A stretch of DNA of 64,000 nt from Blastocystis sp. Blastoise. Taxonomy: Eukaryota > Protista > Bigyra: Opalinata. Shown here piece by piece: positions 17,694 to 32,900 of the stretch. The notes under the pieces were generated by a model, which worked only from the letters and a program-made list of their open reading frames with translations, was not told where the DNA came from and searched no databases. The stretch lies in assembly GCA_039096225.1 (NCBI GenBank), contig JBBPEB010000011.1, forward strand, positions 434,001 through 498,000, written 5' to 3'. Within the stretch, counting starts at the first letter, position 1. Each line of letters starts with the position of its first letter. Made by a program: the position numbers and the translations under genes.

Positions 17694-19825
17694 TTAATTT
17701 TGAGAAGTAGTAGCATTTTCTACATCTTTAGGAATATCCGTGGGAATATCAGCAACGATTTGTTCAGATTCTTGAATCATATGTTCTTTTTGTTCTTTTT
17801 CAAGTTTATGTTGTTTTTTCTTACTAATAATTTCATCATCAACTTCTTTAGGAATGAAAACCATTGTTAAAATACCAGCACAAGCAGCAAGTACACAAGC
17901 AATATACATAACCTAATTATATATTTATTTTATTTAATGGATAATAAAAATCAATAATAATATATAATAATATAATAAATATACTATATAATATATAATA
18001 GTAATAAATATTCTATATAATATATACCTTATCAGCACCAACACTCTTAGCAATAGCTTCATAAGCATATGCACCAATAGAAGCACCAGTTTTACCTAAA
18101 GCAGCAGATATACCATTAAGGGTAGAACGAACTTCAATAGAATATGTAACTGCAGGAAGAAGGAATGTAGTTGTATTAGGACCAAAATTACCATAGAAGA
18201 AGACAATTGAATAAAGAGCAAGAAGAGTAGGAGCATTTTCAAAGTTAAGAGTAAGACAAAGACCGAGAAGAATGAAAAGAACACTACGAGCAGCAAAACC
18301 TTGGAATTGAAGTATACGAAGACCCCACCAATTAACTGCCCAAATAGAAAGAAGAGAGCCAACATAACCTAATAGATTAAAGAGAGAAGCAGCAAGAGAC
18401 TTTGTGAGAGCAGAAGTATCTTCACCAAATAATTTGGCAACTACAAGATTTGAGAATAAAGCTTGACCATATAACTATATATATATATAATCAATAATTC
18501 TGATATAATATAGAGTAACTACAAAATCGATATATAAAAATATAATAATGAATATAATAATAATATTTATATAATAATGAATAAAAAAATAAATATAATA
18601 ATGAATATAATAATAATATAAGTTAATATCAAATAAGAACCATGCACCTCCCGTACCAATCATCTTAAGAGCATTCTCCTTATTAAATAAAAGCTTCCAC
18701 ATACTGGGCTTCTACATATAATATATAAATAATAATAAAAATAAATAATATAATAATAATAAAAAATATAATAATAATAAATAATATAATAATAATAAAT
18801 AATATAATAATAATAATATAAATAATAATAAAAAATATAATAATAATAATAATATAAATAATACAACACAAATAAAAACAAATAAATATAATAATACAAC
18901 ACAAATAAAAGCGAATAACAATATACATTAGCATCTTTATCTTTTCTGGAGACACCAGTTTCAGTAGAGTGAATGAATGAAATGGCAACAGCAGCAATTA
19001 AACTAACAACTATATATATATATATAAATAACAATAAAATATTAATATATAAATAATATAATAATAAAAAATATAATAATAAATATAAAAAATATACATA
19101 AAAGAATTCTCCAAATATATTCTTTTCCATTAGGCCATAACCATAAGAGAATAGAAGAAAGAGCAGGTCCTACTAACATATATATATATATATATATATT
19201 ATTATTATTATTATTACATATCTTTATATTTCATTATAATCTTTAAATACTATACAATTAATAATAAAAAATAAATAAATATGAATATATATACCCAACC
19301 TAAACAATGGAAAGTAAATACAAAGGCACCAGTTTTTTCTTTATTTCCTTCTGAAGCACTTTCAGTACCCATAACAGCAGAAAGAGGATAAGTACCACCA
19401 ATACCAAAACCCATAACGAATCTCCAGAAAATAAGAGCATGAACGATAGTAACAGGACCAAAACCAAATGCAAAAGTACTTCCTAAGCATCCAATAATAT
19501 TAAATAAGACGGTAAGAAATAAAGCAGCTTTACGACCTAAATAATCACCTAAGAAACCAATAACAATTTGTCCAGTAACACATCCAATTAAAGAAGCAGA
19601 AGACATCAAACCCTTAGAAGCATCTGTAATCAATTCATTACCATAAACATCTTCAAGAATTTCAACAACAATATTAATAATATTTAAAGCATAACCACTG
19701 ATAAATTTGGAAAGACATGAAATAGCAATATTATTTTTATTAGCACCATGATGTTCTTCAGTTTTAACTTCCTCTTGAGGAATACTGATTTGCTCAGTAT
19801 TTGATAATAAAGGTTCTGTTTGCAT
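17694..19825 (-). CDS. MFS inorganic phosphate transporter (PHT1/PHO84 family)
   Basis: Motifs GFLGDYLGRK, WRFVMGFGIGGTYPLSA, WFLFDI and NFGPNTTTFLLPA...VRSTLNGISAALGKTGA. 5 introns, two with non-canonical ends. Confidence 0.9.
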
Positions 19826-20889
19826 CCTTTCCTTATTTATAATAAAATAATATAAATGTAACACAAATGTAATGTCTTTTGAGAAATTGTGTCCATTCAT
19901 TTCTTTCTGTCATTTTAAGAACTTCTATTTTTTCCCTAAAGAAACAACCACTTTTCTTCTGTTTTATTTGAGATTCCCACGGGTTTCGAATAGATTGGAG
20001 AAACTATGAATATTCTTTTTCTAAATAACATTGTTTTTGAATCTTCAATTATACAAATGAGTATTATGATTGAATATCTCTGTATTCATTTGAAATGAAC
20101 ATCACATCGTCATGTGGAATGCTCTAAACGACATTTCATTATTCTTTTTGTCAATTAAATTTTCAAAAACTACAGGAAAAAGACGATAACTCTTGTTTAT
20201 AATCTCTCAAGGATTCGTTCTATTTGTAGCAGTTGAAATTCTTGTATTAAAAATAGAGAATCGATTTAGATTCACTCCCAACAACAAAAATAGAAAAGTA
20301 TTCTTGTCTTCATTAGTCTCCATATATCTTTATATCTCTGGACTCTAAAAATATATATGTATTTATGTTTTTTAACAAAATTTTTTGGAAATAGTCTCCG
20401 TTTCTTTTGTTAATAGTATATTCACCAAAGACATACTGTTTTCATGATCAACGTATCTTTCTTTATTTAATAATGCATATAAAACTGAGAAATAACGAAA
20501 ATATCAATGAATATAACAAAAAAACTTCAATTGATTATTAAAAATAATATATGTTCATTATAATCCTATTTTCTAATTTTGTTTGTATCGGATCCTATAT
20601 TTTATATACTTTATAAAGTTCATCTGCAATCAAATTATTTTCTCATTGATATTCTTTCAAGACTTTTTCCTCAACACTCTGTAATAATTACTTATCATAC
20701 ATATATGTATTTAATGGCAAATAAACTATAATTTTTTAACGCTTATAAAGACAAAAACCGTTAATACAACCTTTTTTCTAGAAAAAGAAATAATTACGTT
20801 GTTTTTATAGTTGTTACGTCATTTGTTTCTTCTGATTCTCTTCATTTTTTTCTTCTTTATTTTATTGCTTTATTAAGGGATAATTAATT

Positions 20890-21984
20890 ATGGGTTTATT
20901 GCTAATTGTTGCAATCATCTTATTTATTTGTTTTTTTAAATCTGCTCCTTTCAGTTGGTGTATCCGTGTTTTGAACACATGCTTCTTAAGTTTATTCAAA
21001 CCAAAACTTCATAAACTTACGGACGCTGATGAAATCACATTCCGCGTATGGTTTTCAGATGTCGACTGGTTCATGCATATGAATAATAGGTATATAGTAG
21101 TGTTAAATGAAAGAATTACTCTTTTTTTCTTTTAGAAATATATATATTTTTAATTATTTTTTAATTTTTAATTAGTATGTATCAGTACTACTGTGATTTT
21201 GGTCGTTATTCATGGGGTATTCGTCTAATTGGATATAAAAATACATTAAATTGTAAACTTCTTGTTGGAGGTAGTTTCTGTCAATATATTCGTTCTTTAC
21301 AATTATTCCAGAAATTCACATTACGTACTCAAGTTGTAGGTACTGATGGTGATTGGCTTTGGATTCAACAAACGTATTTTTTATTGTTTATATTGTTAAT
21401 ATTATTTATTATTATTTATTATATTTATTATATATATATTTTTTATTATTTATTATTATATTATTTTAATAATTTTAAAAATATATAGATTTATAAGTAA
21501 TGGTAAAGTATATGCTGTTTCTATGATGAAAATGATCTATAAAGATGAACATTATAATACAAAAACACCTCTTGAAATGTTTAAAGTATATTATTTAAAT
21601 ATTTTATTATAGTATTCTTTCTTAACTATATTTTTATTAAATATTATAGTATTCTTTCTTAACTATATTTTTATTAAAATATTATTATTATTATTTCTGA
21701 ACTCTATTTTTAATATATAAGTATTATTTATAATATCATTACTTAACTATATATATATATTATATTAATTAACTATTCTATATTATTAGCAATATAAGGA
21801 TTGTACAATTGAATATCCTACTATGAATAATGGAGAGAAAGATTTCTATCAAGAAGGATATGCTGAAATGGGACAACATTATCTTTCTACAGGAACTATT
21901 ATATTAAATGGAATAGAAAAACAAGCTGAAATCAACGAAGAAAAACTCGTTGTACGATCTTCTAGAAAAAATAAAAAAGTTTAA
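20890..21984 (+). CDS. Hot-dog-fold thioesterase (THEM6-like) with N-terminal membrane anchor
   Basis: DVDWFMHMNNSMYQYYCDFGR and YIRSLQLFQKFTLRTQVVG; 3 GT-AG introns; TAA at 21984. Confidence 0.8.
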
Positions 21985-23035
21985 TTATTATATTAAAAAA
22001 AAACACCATAAGTAGATTCCCTAAATATAAATTTCATTTTTATTCTTTTATCTTATTTCTTTTATTATCTATATGTATATATATATTTTGTGAGAAATAA
22101 TATGTATATATGAGTGTTCAGTAAGATAAAGTTATTATCCTTTTTTATATAGAGTATGTTTGCTTTTTGAATTCATAAATCTTATGATTAAAGGAAAAAT
22201 ATTATAAGAATATTTAACTCAAATTGATTATAATATATATATATTTTTAAAAATATATTCTTTTAAAAAGTATATGAATTAATTAAACATTTATTATAAT
22301 ATAGATCCAAAGTAAATAATGATCTATATTATCATATTGAATGATTTATCGGTTATATTAGCTTTTATAAAAATTAGATTTCCAAAATACTTCAAAAAAA
22401 ATTTTTGATTCAATAAATCACTATTGATATCCTACTATGTTGTTTATAATGATGAGTTAAATAGAACAATATTCTTTATATCAAACAATTAACATAGATT
22501 TTTAATGCTAATTTCTTAATAAGAAAATCTGGTTTCAGAAACAGATCTAAGAGGATAACAATATTATGTATAAAAGAGAAAACAAAGTATAGGTAACAAC
22601 TCAAAGAAATAAGGCATTCAACTATTAAAGTGTCCTTTAAAAAGCATGAAAACTTTGAAATATATGCACATATTCTCTACTGATTTCATATGTTTTAAAT
22701 ATAATGGACATATATCTCATGAATCGCAGATAGAAGAATAAAAAAGAATCTGAATAAAGCTAAATCAAACTGATTCTTATTGAAATAAAAACCAAAAAAG
22801 AAGGGTCAAAAGAATAACAACATCGAATATATCCAATAATATTGTCGTAAAGATGACAATAGAATTCTATTGGATTATAAAAGACTTTGTTCTCTTATAA
22901 GCAAATCAATGATCTACTTTTAAAAGAAGATCTTAGAATTCTATAGAGCTGTCTTCTCTGATAGTGGTTTTCTATGAAGTACTATAATTATTTATTCAAT
23001 AAAAGTATAAAAGAATATAGAATAGTCGACTAATA

Positions 23036-24522
23036 ATGGATTCACCAAATTACGGATTTGAAACAGTGCCAGCACATAAGGGTTGTGTATGTGATTTAAT
23101 ATGTTTTGCTGTTTTTCATTCTCGTTTACGTTTAGTCAGGTATTGTTCGAAATAAAAAATGCTCTCGTGGATCATTTATCACCAAGAAATACGTCGATTG
23201 TGAGACTTTATACGATAACTTTCAGCATGGCTTAAGAATCAATCCAGATGCACCTTGTATGGGATACAGACCCTTGGTATGTTTATTATATATATTTTTT
23301 GATATATTTATAATTTATCAAATTTCTTCTCTTTTTATCAAGTGAAATAATGATTCTAAAATATATAAATTATTCTACATAGGATACTGATGGAAATGCT
23401 CTTCCTTATAAATTTTACAGTTATAGTGAGGTTTGGCATAAAATTGAAAGTTTTGCGTCTGGTCTTTTGTATTTAGATTTAGTTCCTAAAATTGATAAAG
23501 TAATTTTATATATTCTATTTAATGAATATCAAATATTAATATGAATTTATTTCTTTTATGTATATAGTATTGTATACTTGGTATATATGCCAAAAATTGT
23601 GTAGAATGGGGTATAACAGAACAAACATGTAATTCTTATTCATTTACACTTTGTCCTATTTATGATACATTAACACAAGATTGTGTTGATTTTATATTTA
23701 ATCAAACTCAAATGAAAACATGTATTTGTGGATCTAATGAAACATTTAAAGTATGTAGTTTTATTTTATAATCATAATGTTTTTGAAATATATACAGTAT
23801 TATTATATTAGATATTTTCATATTATATATTATTATATTAGATATTATTATATTAGATATTATTATATTAGATATTATTATATAAATCATTATAAATATA
23901 TTATATAGATATTATCTAATATTGAGAAATATAATTATTTAAAGGCTATTATTCAAATAGGTGATGTATCTAAGAAAGACTATGATATTGCTAGAGATTG
24001 TGTATGTATTTATTATCATTATTTATTTAATTTAAAATATGAATTCTATTGATTATACATTATAATTCATAAATATATCTATTTTATAGGGTGTCATTAT
24101 ATATACATTTAAGGAAATAGAAGAAGTAGGTGCAAATCATCTTTATGCTCCTATAGTTCCTACTCCTGAAGATATTCATACTATTTGTTATACTTCAGGT
24201 ACTACAGGCATGCCTAAGGGTGCTTTACTATCTCATAAAGCTTTTTGTTCTAATATATATGCCTGCTTAATGCATGGATTAGAAGGTTGTCCTGATGATG
24301 CTTATTTGTCCTATTTACCGATGGCTCATGTTTTAGAACGTTTAGTTCAAAATTTAGCTTTAAATTGTGGTGCCAAAGTTGGTTATTATCAAGGATCTAC
24401 TAAGACTTTAGTTGATGATCTTAAAGCTTTTCGACCTACTGTATTTGTCAGTGTTCCTAGATTGTATATATATATATATATATATAATTATTATATTTTT
24501 TATTAGTGAAATATGTTTAATA

Positions 24523-24559
<37 letters not shown>

Positions 24560-25850
24560 TTTATAATATATATATATATTAACAAAAATATATGATACAG
24601 TTCTTTCTCAAGTAAATAAATCAAGTTATATATCACAATATTTATTTAATACTGCTCTTCAAGCAAAACGTGAAGGATTAAAACAAGGTTGTTATACACA
24701 TAAATTATGGGATACTTTAGTATTTAATAAAATAAAAACATCCATTGGTTTAGACCGTTGTTGGGCTATTTTAAGTGGTTCTGCTCCTCTTCCTCCTGAA
24801 TGTATGACTTTCCTAAGATGTTTAATTAGTAACTCTGTTCTAGAAGGATATGGAGCTACTGAAGTTACTGGATGCTCTACTCTTCAATTTAGATATGATT
24901 TCTCAATTGGTATATTATTTTTTTTATATTTTTATTTATTAATTTTTTTATTTATATTTTTATTATTTATAATATTTTTTTTATTTAATTTATTTTAATA
25001 TTTATTTTAATATTTATTTTAATATTTATTTTAATATTTATTTTAATATTTATTTTAATATTTATTTTACAAATCTTAATATTTAAAAAACAATCATAAT
25101 ATAAAAATATTTCTAACACAATTTAATATTTTAAATAACATAAATAATAATGATATAACTATAGGTAATGTTGGTGGTCCTACTACTGCGTGTGAAGTTA
25201 AAATTATAGATGTTCCAGAAATGGGATATTTAACTACCGATCGTGAACATAATGGTCAAGTCTGTGTTGCTCGTGGAGAATTATTATTCAGAGGTCCTTT
25301 ATTATTCTCTGGCTATTATAAGAATCCTGAAGAAACACATAATGCTATTGATGAAGAAGGATGGTATCACACAGGTGATGTTGCTGTTTTATTACCTAAT
25401 TATGCTATTAAAATTGTAGATAGAAAGAAGAATTTCTTTAAATTATCTCAAGGTGAATATGTTGCTGCTGAGAAATTAGAACTTATTTATTCTCAATGTA
25501 AATATATTTCTCAAGTACTTATTTATGGTGATAGTAGTCGTAATTATTTAATTGCTATTGTCGTTCCTGATAAACATTCTGTTATGGATTGGTATAAACA
25601 AACTACTGGCAATGAAAGTGATTTCAAGACTATTTGTCAATCTAAAGAACTTAAAGATCTTATTCAAAATGATTTCAATAGAATTCAAAAAGAAAATCAA
25701 TTAAGAGGTATTGAAAAAGTTAAGAATATTGTTATTGATTCTGAACCTTGGACTGTAGAAAATGAATTACTTACTCCTACTTTCAAATTAAAAAGACATT
25801 CTGTTCAAAAGAAATATTTTGATAAGATTCAAGAAGCTTATAAAACTTAA
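23036..25850 (+). CDS. Long-chain acyl-CoA synthetase (ACSL/LACS)
   Basis: YTSGTTGMPKG, YLSYLPMAHVLER, EGYGATE, GWYHTGD, DRKKNFFKLSQGEYVA and LTPTFKLKR motifs; 7 introns. Confidence 0.95.
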
Positions 25851-26927
25851 ATTTAATTCTATTATAAAATAATTTTTTGATTTATTTATTCTTTATTCTT
25901 TGCTTTCTCTATTTATAGTCTCTAAAGACTATAGTATACTGTTCTTTATTCTGTTCGTTTTTTAGTATTATTTATATATTGATAAGATTTTAGTTACTGT
26001 CTTTATCTTTTCTATATCATATTCTAATTATAATTACTCAGAATAGTTTTATTCATTTACTTTTAGTATTACTATTTATTAAAAGAATATTTTGTATAAA
26101 CTTTCTTTTATTGTATATCATTGTACTAAATTAAATTACTACATATCCTCAGTGTTTCAAATATAATAATAAAAAACAATACATACATACGTTGTATAAA
26201 TATTAAAAAAACAACAACATGATCAAATAGAATTGCATTGAAATAGTCATGAATCTTTGAATCATATTATAAATCTAGTATCAAGAACTCACCATAACAG
26301 TTCATAAGCTATATAAATAATAATTGGGTCTTTTGAGACCAACTCATGACGAATCAGTTTCTCAATCTTCTTTTATTCATTATCTTACTCATAAGAAAAT
26401 CAATTCAATAAACCTCATACACTACAAAAAATCTTTATTCAACTATTAATAATTCCAAATAAATACTATTAGGCCGAAAAAGAGTGACTTTCTTGGATCC
26501 TTTTTCTATTTCATTTGAATTCAACTAAAAATATATCAATCAACTTATTTATGAAAAATATATAATTCACTTCCTATATCATCTATATACATACTTTATT
26601 TTATTGATATGTATAGACTTACGTAATCATCCATGATGACCATTCTTGTGTTATTCCTTTTTAATTTTTTTTTAAATAAGTTATTCATACATAAACATAT
26701 GCACAAATAGGCTATTATATTTAAAAAATTATATTTATGACTTGTATTATGCTTACGTCTGATCAGGAAAACCCCCTTTTTTCCTGATGGATCTCTATTT
26801 CATTACAAATCTATATGGACCAATGATATCGCTATCATTATTTTACTTATGTCAGCAATAAGCACAAACTTATTTTTATAAGATTAACATTTCATTCATA
26901 TTTTTTTTATTTGTAAAAAAAATAAAT

Positions 26928-29900
26928 ATGAAAGTTTTATTTATCTTATTGTACTTAACTGCAGGTATTATAAATATACATCATATATCTGTTGTTTCTG
27001 ACTCATATAGCATTTGCAACGTGTCCCTCGTATCAAGAAGAGATGAGAGTTCATGTGAATTATCCCTTCTATCAAAAGGATGATCTGTGGGGAATCTATG
27101 AATACGGAAATCATTATAAGAAAGTATCACTCACTAAAGACAAATCTATGGTTTCTTCGGTTCCTTATTATTCTTCTTGCTTTGAACTCAATAAAAACTA
27201 TGAAGTTGTAATTAATACAAGGTATAAATTACTTTTTTATACTTAAAAATATTAATTACATTTTGTTTTTTTAGGTCAATTCTTCTTTATTTCATGAATC
27301 CTCAATTCAATATTTCTATCGTGTATTCTGGGATACCTGTATTTACAAAGTCTCTATTGAGCTCTGATATGGAACAATCGGAGACGAACTTGATGTTTAA
27401 TAGTATATTATTCTGATTATTCTATAAATGAATTATTTTTCTATAGTAAATATTGAATCCTCTAACTTGATAGCACCTACTAGTCTTTGGACATACTCTA
27501 TTGGAAAAGATATTCATGAAGAAAATACAGATAGCTGGGTTGAAACACAATGGAATACTATTATTTCTCCTTCTGAAGTTCTTCATTTAAAGAAAGTTAT
27601 TCATATTTCTCAAAATACTTATGATTCTTTTTCATTAGTATGTAAAACGTCTCTCACTTCTAAGATTTATGTGGATTCTAATTTATTTTTAGAAACTACT
27701 TCAAATAAGTATATTAATTCTTTTTTTATGATTCTATTTAACATATTTATTTATATATTTATATATATAGTGACGATTCAATCGTAAACTACAGGTATCT
27801 ATCTTTAAAGAGTTTTTTGTATTGATTCTTATTCATTTATCTATATATAGTGTTCATTTCCCTATTCAGTCTGTATTTACAAATAATACTACTGATAATA
27901 CGAATTCTTTTATTCTATCTATTGAAATCCAACCTGGTCAAAATGATATAAACAAACAATTATTGTCTGATCTATATCAATTAATACTTATTGGACAACA
28001 GAAACCTGTTCAAGGTATACTCATTCTATAGTTGTTATTATAAAAGTATTTCCTTTATATATAGAAATTCCCAAGATATTACTTCCTTTTGAATTTAATT
28101 TGAACTCACAAAAAGAATCAAAAATGATAGAACAAGTTTATACTTATAACAATAAGTATGAATTTAATTTTATATTATATATATTTATTATAGTTATTTT
28201 ATTCCAAATACAATGATTTTGTCATTTCAGCCTTCTATTATCAAATCATCTCTCTCTTTTGTCAAGTATTCATTATTTATATCACATAATAAGAATGACT
28301 GGATTTTTATCGATGAATATTTAGTACATAATATAACAAAAGATATAATCTATCAACCTATTTCCTTATCTATGACTCCATTTCAACAAATCAAAGTCAT
28401 TTTCAGTATGTGTAATTAGTTTCATATGCTTTTCTTATATATATATATTAAATATATATATTTCAAAATACTATTTTTATATATAAAACTCAATATATAA
28501 TAATACTAAAAAAATATAATTATATAGATATCAATGAAAAGAATGCTATTATTCCAATGGATATTTCTTTTTCATTATATGATTCGTCTTCCCTCTTAAA
28601 CACTATATCTTCTACTTCTACAGAGATTAATCCTTCTACTTCTACTTCTCCTTCTCTATTGAATATGACACCCAATATTTCTGGAAGACGTCTATTTTTA
28701 TATGAAGGAAATATAGAATGGATTCATTGTCCATTACAATCTCAAGATTATAGTACTTCTTCTCATGATAATCTACAAATAAGCGATGATGAATTCTATT
28801 TACCTGGATATCAATTCCAATTCTGTGAAGATTCATATTTATTACAAACATCAGTTTATTCTGTTTATATATATAATGAAACTGCTATTACTATAGATTC
28901 TTCTGTAGATATTGTTCGTATTACTATTTCAAATGTAAATATTGAATCACTTCTTATTAACCATGTATTTATTACTTCAAAACTTTTAGGAAATGATAAT
29001 TATCTTGTCTTTGATATTCCTTCATTTAAAATAAAAAATAGAAAAATAGAAAATATTATGGTTGTCACCAAAGGTTCACGAATCGATACTCAAATTCAAC
29101 AACAAATTGAATTTATATATAATGATTTCAATATTTATGAAAATGAATTAAAATCACTTTTATATTCTTCAACATTATCTGGCTCTTCTTATTCTAGTCC
29201 TTCTACCTATAATACATCACTTATTCTAGATAATGATATATCTACTTATATTTCATTTGGTAATACTGTTACTGATGATCAAATATCATTTATTTTCTCT
29301 CTTCCTCAACATATTACTTGGTTTACTGATATCTGTATTGTATCTACTATTTATCCTTCTATTGCCCCACCTGAATATTATGAATTCTATGGTTATGATG
29401 AAAAAGAAGACCTCTATATGCCTTTATTTACACCAGAAATTCAACAATGGAATACAACAAGAATGCCAACAAAGAAATGTACTCGTTTAACACTCAATAA
29501 CCGTGCTTATTCTAAATATAAAATAACATTCTTTTTAGAACCTTCTATTTATACAGAACAAGGCTTCTCTGAAATATTCTTTACAACTATAGATCGACAT
29601 GAAATTATACCTGAATATTCTCTTAATTATCATAGTGCACTTACTGAAATATTCAAAGAAACATGGTCTACACGTTTCTATCCTATTGGTAAATATACTA
29701 ATTATAGAAATGATCTTACTCCTCGTTCTTTCTTTTCCTTAAATGAAACTGATGGATCTTTTATTACTAATTTTGAAACAAATGAGTCTTTTTATGTTAT
29801 TATTAGTGGAACTAGTCCTGATGGAGCTATAGATTATGCATATATATTCTTCCATAAATATACATGTCCTTATCATCTTATGTTTTATCAAATTGATTCA

Positions 29901-32900
29901 GAATATGATATAATCGAAGGTATTGCAGAAGGTTATGATCCATATATTGGATCCTTTGATCCTGTTCTATATAAATATGACCATTCACTTTATTATTCCT
30001 GTGAACCTATTCCTGAATATTCCTATATATGTTCGTTTCATCATAACATGTCACCTATTACTACAATTGATTACATAAAGTTTTGGCATGTTCTAATGCC
30101 AGATAAGCATTATGAAAGTTATAAAAATGAAAACAATTGCTTTTATAAACCACAGTATACTTCACCTTATCCTAATGGAGATAAACATGAAGAGGATAAT
30201 AGAATTGAATACTATTATTCTTCAACACCAATTACACCACCTATAAATTCATGGCGAGTTAGTAATATTCAAGATTTACCATATCTTTCACGTTATCAGT
30301 ATTATAGATTTACTCTACATCAAATTGGAGATTGCTATCCTTTTCCTAATTGTAAACCAAATCCTTTTACTATAAAAGTTTATTCATACGGTCGTTATAA
30401 ATTTTATATTAATGGACAATTAGAATATGAAACGTTATTTATTAGAGATCCGACAGATCCTAATAAAAGAAATGCAAATTTGTATACTGATGAAAACAAT
30501 GTGTTTTCTTTTACACATGTTGAAGTTCCATTCTATAAGTGGTATTTTAATACTTATCTTACAGTTTATATAGAATATGAACAAATGGACTATATACCAT
30601 TCCATTTTCTTGTTGAATTAATGTCAGATAGTGTTTTTAAAGAGCGTTCCAATTATTATTTTTATGATTATACTACAGTTCCAACAACAAAAGGACTTGT
30701 ACCTCGAACCTCAGGGAGTAAATATATCCCAGATGCAACGACTCCTTGCAATATGATTATTTCTCGATATGAATTCTATAATTGGGCAATATCACCACGT
30801 TCTTTACTTGTATCTATTCCTTTTGTTCAAACAGGAAAAGATACACATATTATTCTTTCTGGATATGATGAAAGCAGTCAAACCATGGTACCTATTTATT
30901 CATTTATGCCCTATGGTGTATATGAAATATCAACATTGATTTCAAAACATTATTCAATATTTGAATTGTCTAGTGTAAATCCTATTTGTAGTCCCAATGA
31001 ATATCCAAATAATATGGATAACAAAAAATATATGAGTTTTAATCATGCAGAAGATCATGTATTAGGCCTTGGTTATTTGAATAGTTGTATTCATGAAATA
31101 AAAAATATTAAAGGAGCAGAACTTAATGTCAAATTATGTGAATTATATGACTTTATAATGATAGATATATATCCACCTCTTCCTTCTTCTATGCATTTAG
31201 ATCATTATACTGGCTATTTAAGTGGTTCTTATCCTCAAACAGTAATGACTCAAGAATATACGATAACACTAACAGTATATTCAAGTGGTTTGGATGTTCT
31301 TATGACTGAATTCACTATAACCACTTTAAATTCAGATATTACAAATACAATGTATTTAGAAATGAATTTACCCTATTTTTCAGGTTCATGTTCTATTGAA
31401 GTTGTGGATCAAAATCAATATGATCAACATCAAATATTATATTCAAACTTTACTACTTCTCGTAAACAATATAAATTATATCGTCGAACAGATTTATTAT
31501 ATGTAAATGTAATTTGTTCATCAATTACTAGTTTTAAAGAAGCTACTTATTATATAAAACCATATAATGGACATTTCCTTCAATATGATTTCTTTGATGA
31601 TTCCAAATTAACTCAATCTTTTGAATTAAGTACATATACTATTATTAATAATAGAGCATTATATGCATCAAGATATACTGATAAAGAGATGGATATTCAA
31701 AAAGATTTTGTGTCTGAATATTATTCTTCAGGAACATCAACAACAAAGAAAACGACAACAAAAACTGCTTTTATTAATTATTCATTTACATATACTCCTT
31801 CTTCTGATAGAAAAGGTCTTATTGAACTTTTTATTTATATATATAAAGATGTAGCTGTTTATGTAGATAATAAATTCTTAATATATAGACCTTTGGGAAC
31901 ACCTTATATAGATCCAACTGTAACTTTCCCTGTTTCATTCTTCTCTTCTACATCCAATGTACATACATTACAAATTAAAATAAGAGAATCAACAGATAAA
32001 CAAACATATGTAGCTTATATGTGGCAATTATCTTCTGATATTCATCGCTATATAGGAAATACATGGACTTCTTCTTTACCTGATTTATCTTCTACTTCTT
32101 TAAATTTACTTGGAGGTAAAGATTTATGGTCTACAACTATATCTACATCTTCTTGTAAAGATATAGAATTATATCGTATACATGGAAATGGTGAAAAAAA
32201 TACTTTTAATCAATATACTGTATATAGTCCTTCTACTTGTAAGCAATATATGCCTACAAGTTGGGAAATATATGGTGTAGAAGATGATGATACTCAAGTA
32301 TTATTAGATCGAGTTCATAATCAATTCTGGGTACAAGAAGGAAATGAAAAGAAAACATTTAGTTTCTTTAATGAATTACCTTATAAGAAATATATAATGA
32401 AAATAAAATTATGTTTAAATACAAATTATCCTTCTACTTCTCAATGTCCTTATGTATCTACTCCTTCTTCTTTCCCTTCTTTAAATAATACATTATTACC
32501 TCATGTTTTATTTGGATATAAATATATATCTACTTCTCTTTGTACTATTTCTTCATTAGATTATAATCTATATAGAAATTCTTATTATTATCAATCCTGT
32601 AAAGAAGGTTATGAAGGATATAAGAAATATTCTTGTTCATCACAATTAACACTTGTTGAAGATCAATGTATATATCTTCAAAAACCAATATTTACTATTT
32701 CTCCTCCAGTTTATTATAAGAATGAAACAAGTATTAATATACAAGTAATTCAATCTTCAGATAAACAAATCAAATATTCGATAACTCCTGAATTACCTGA
32801 AGGTATTACTTTGAATATAAATACTGGCTTAATATCAGGTATACCTCTTGCTATTCCTGAAAATACTTTATATACTATTACAGCAACTACTTTATATGGA

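Noticed and set aside
20795-20821. TTACGT/CRE-like and TTCTAAA words upstream of several genes
   Set aside because: They are too short to separate from background without an enrichment test.
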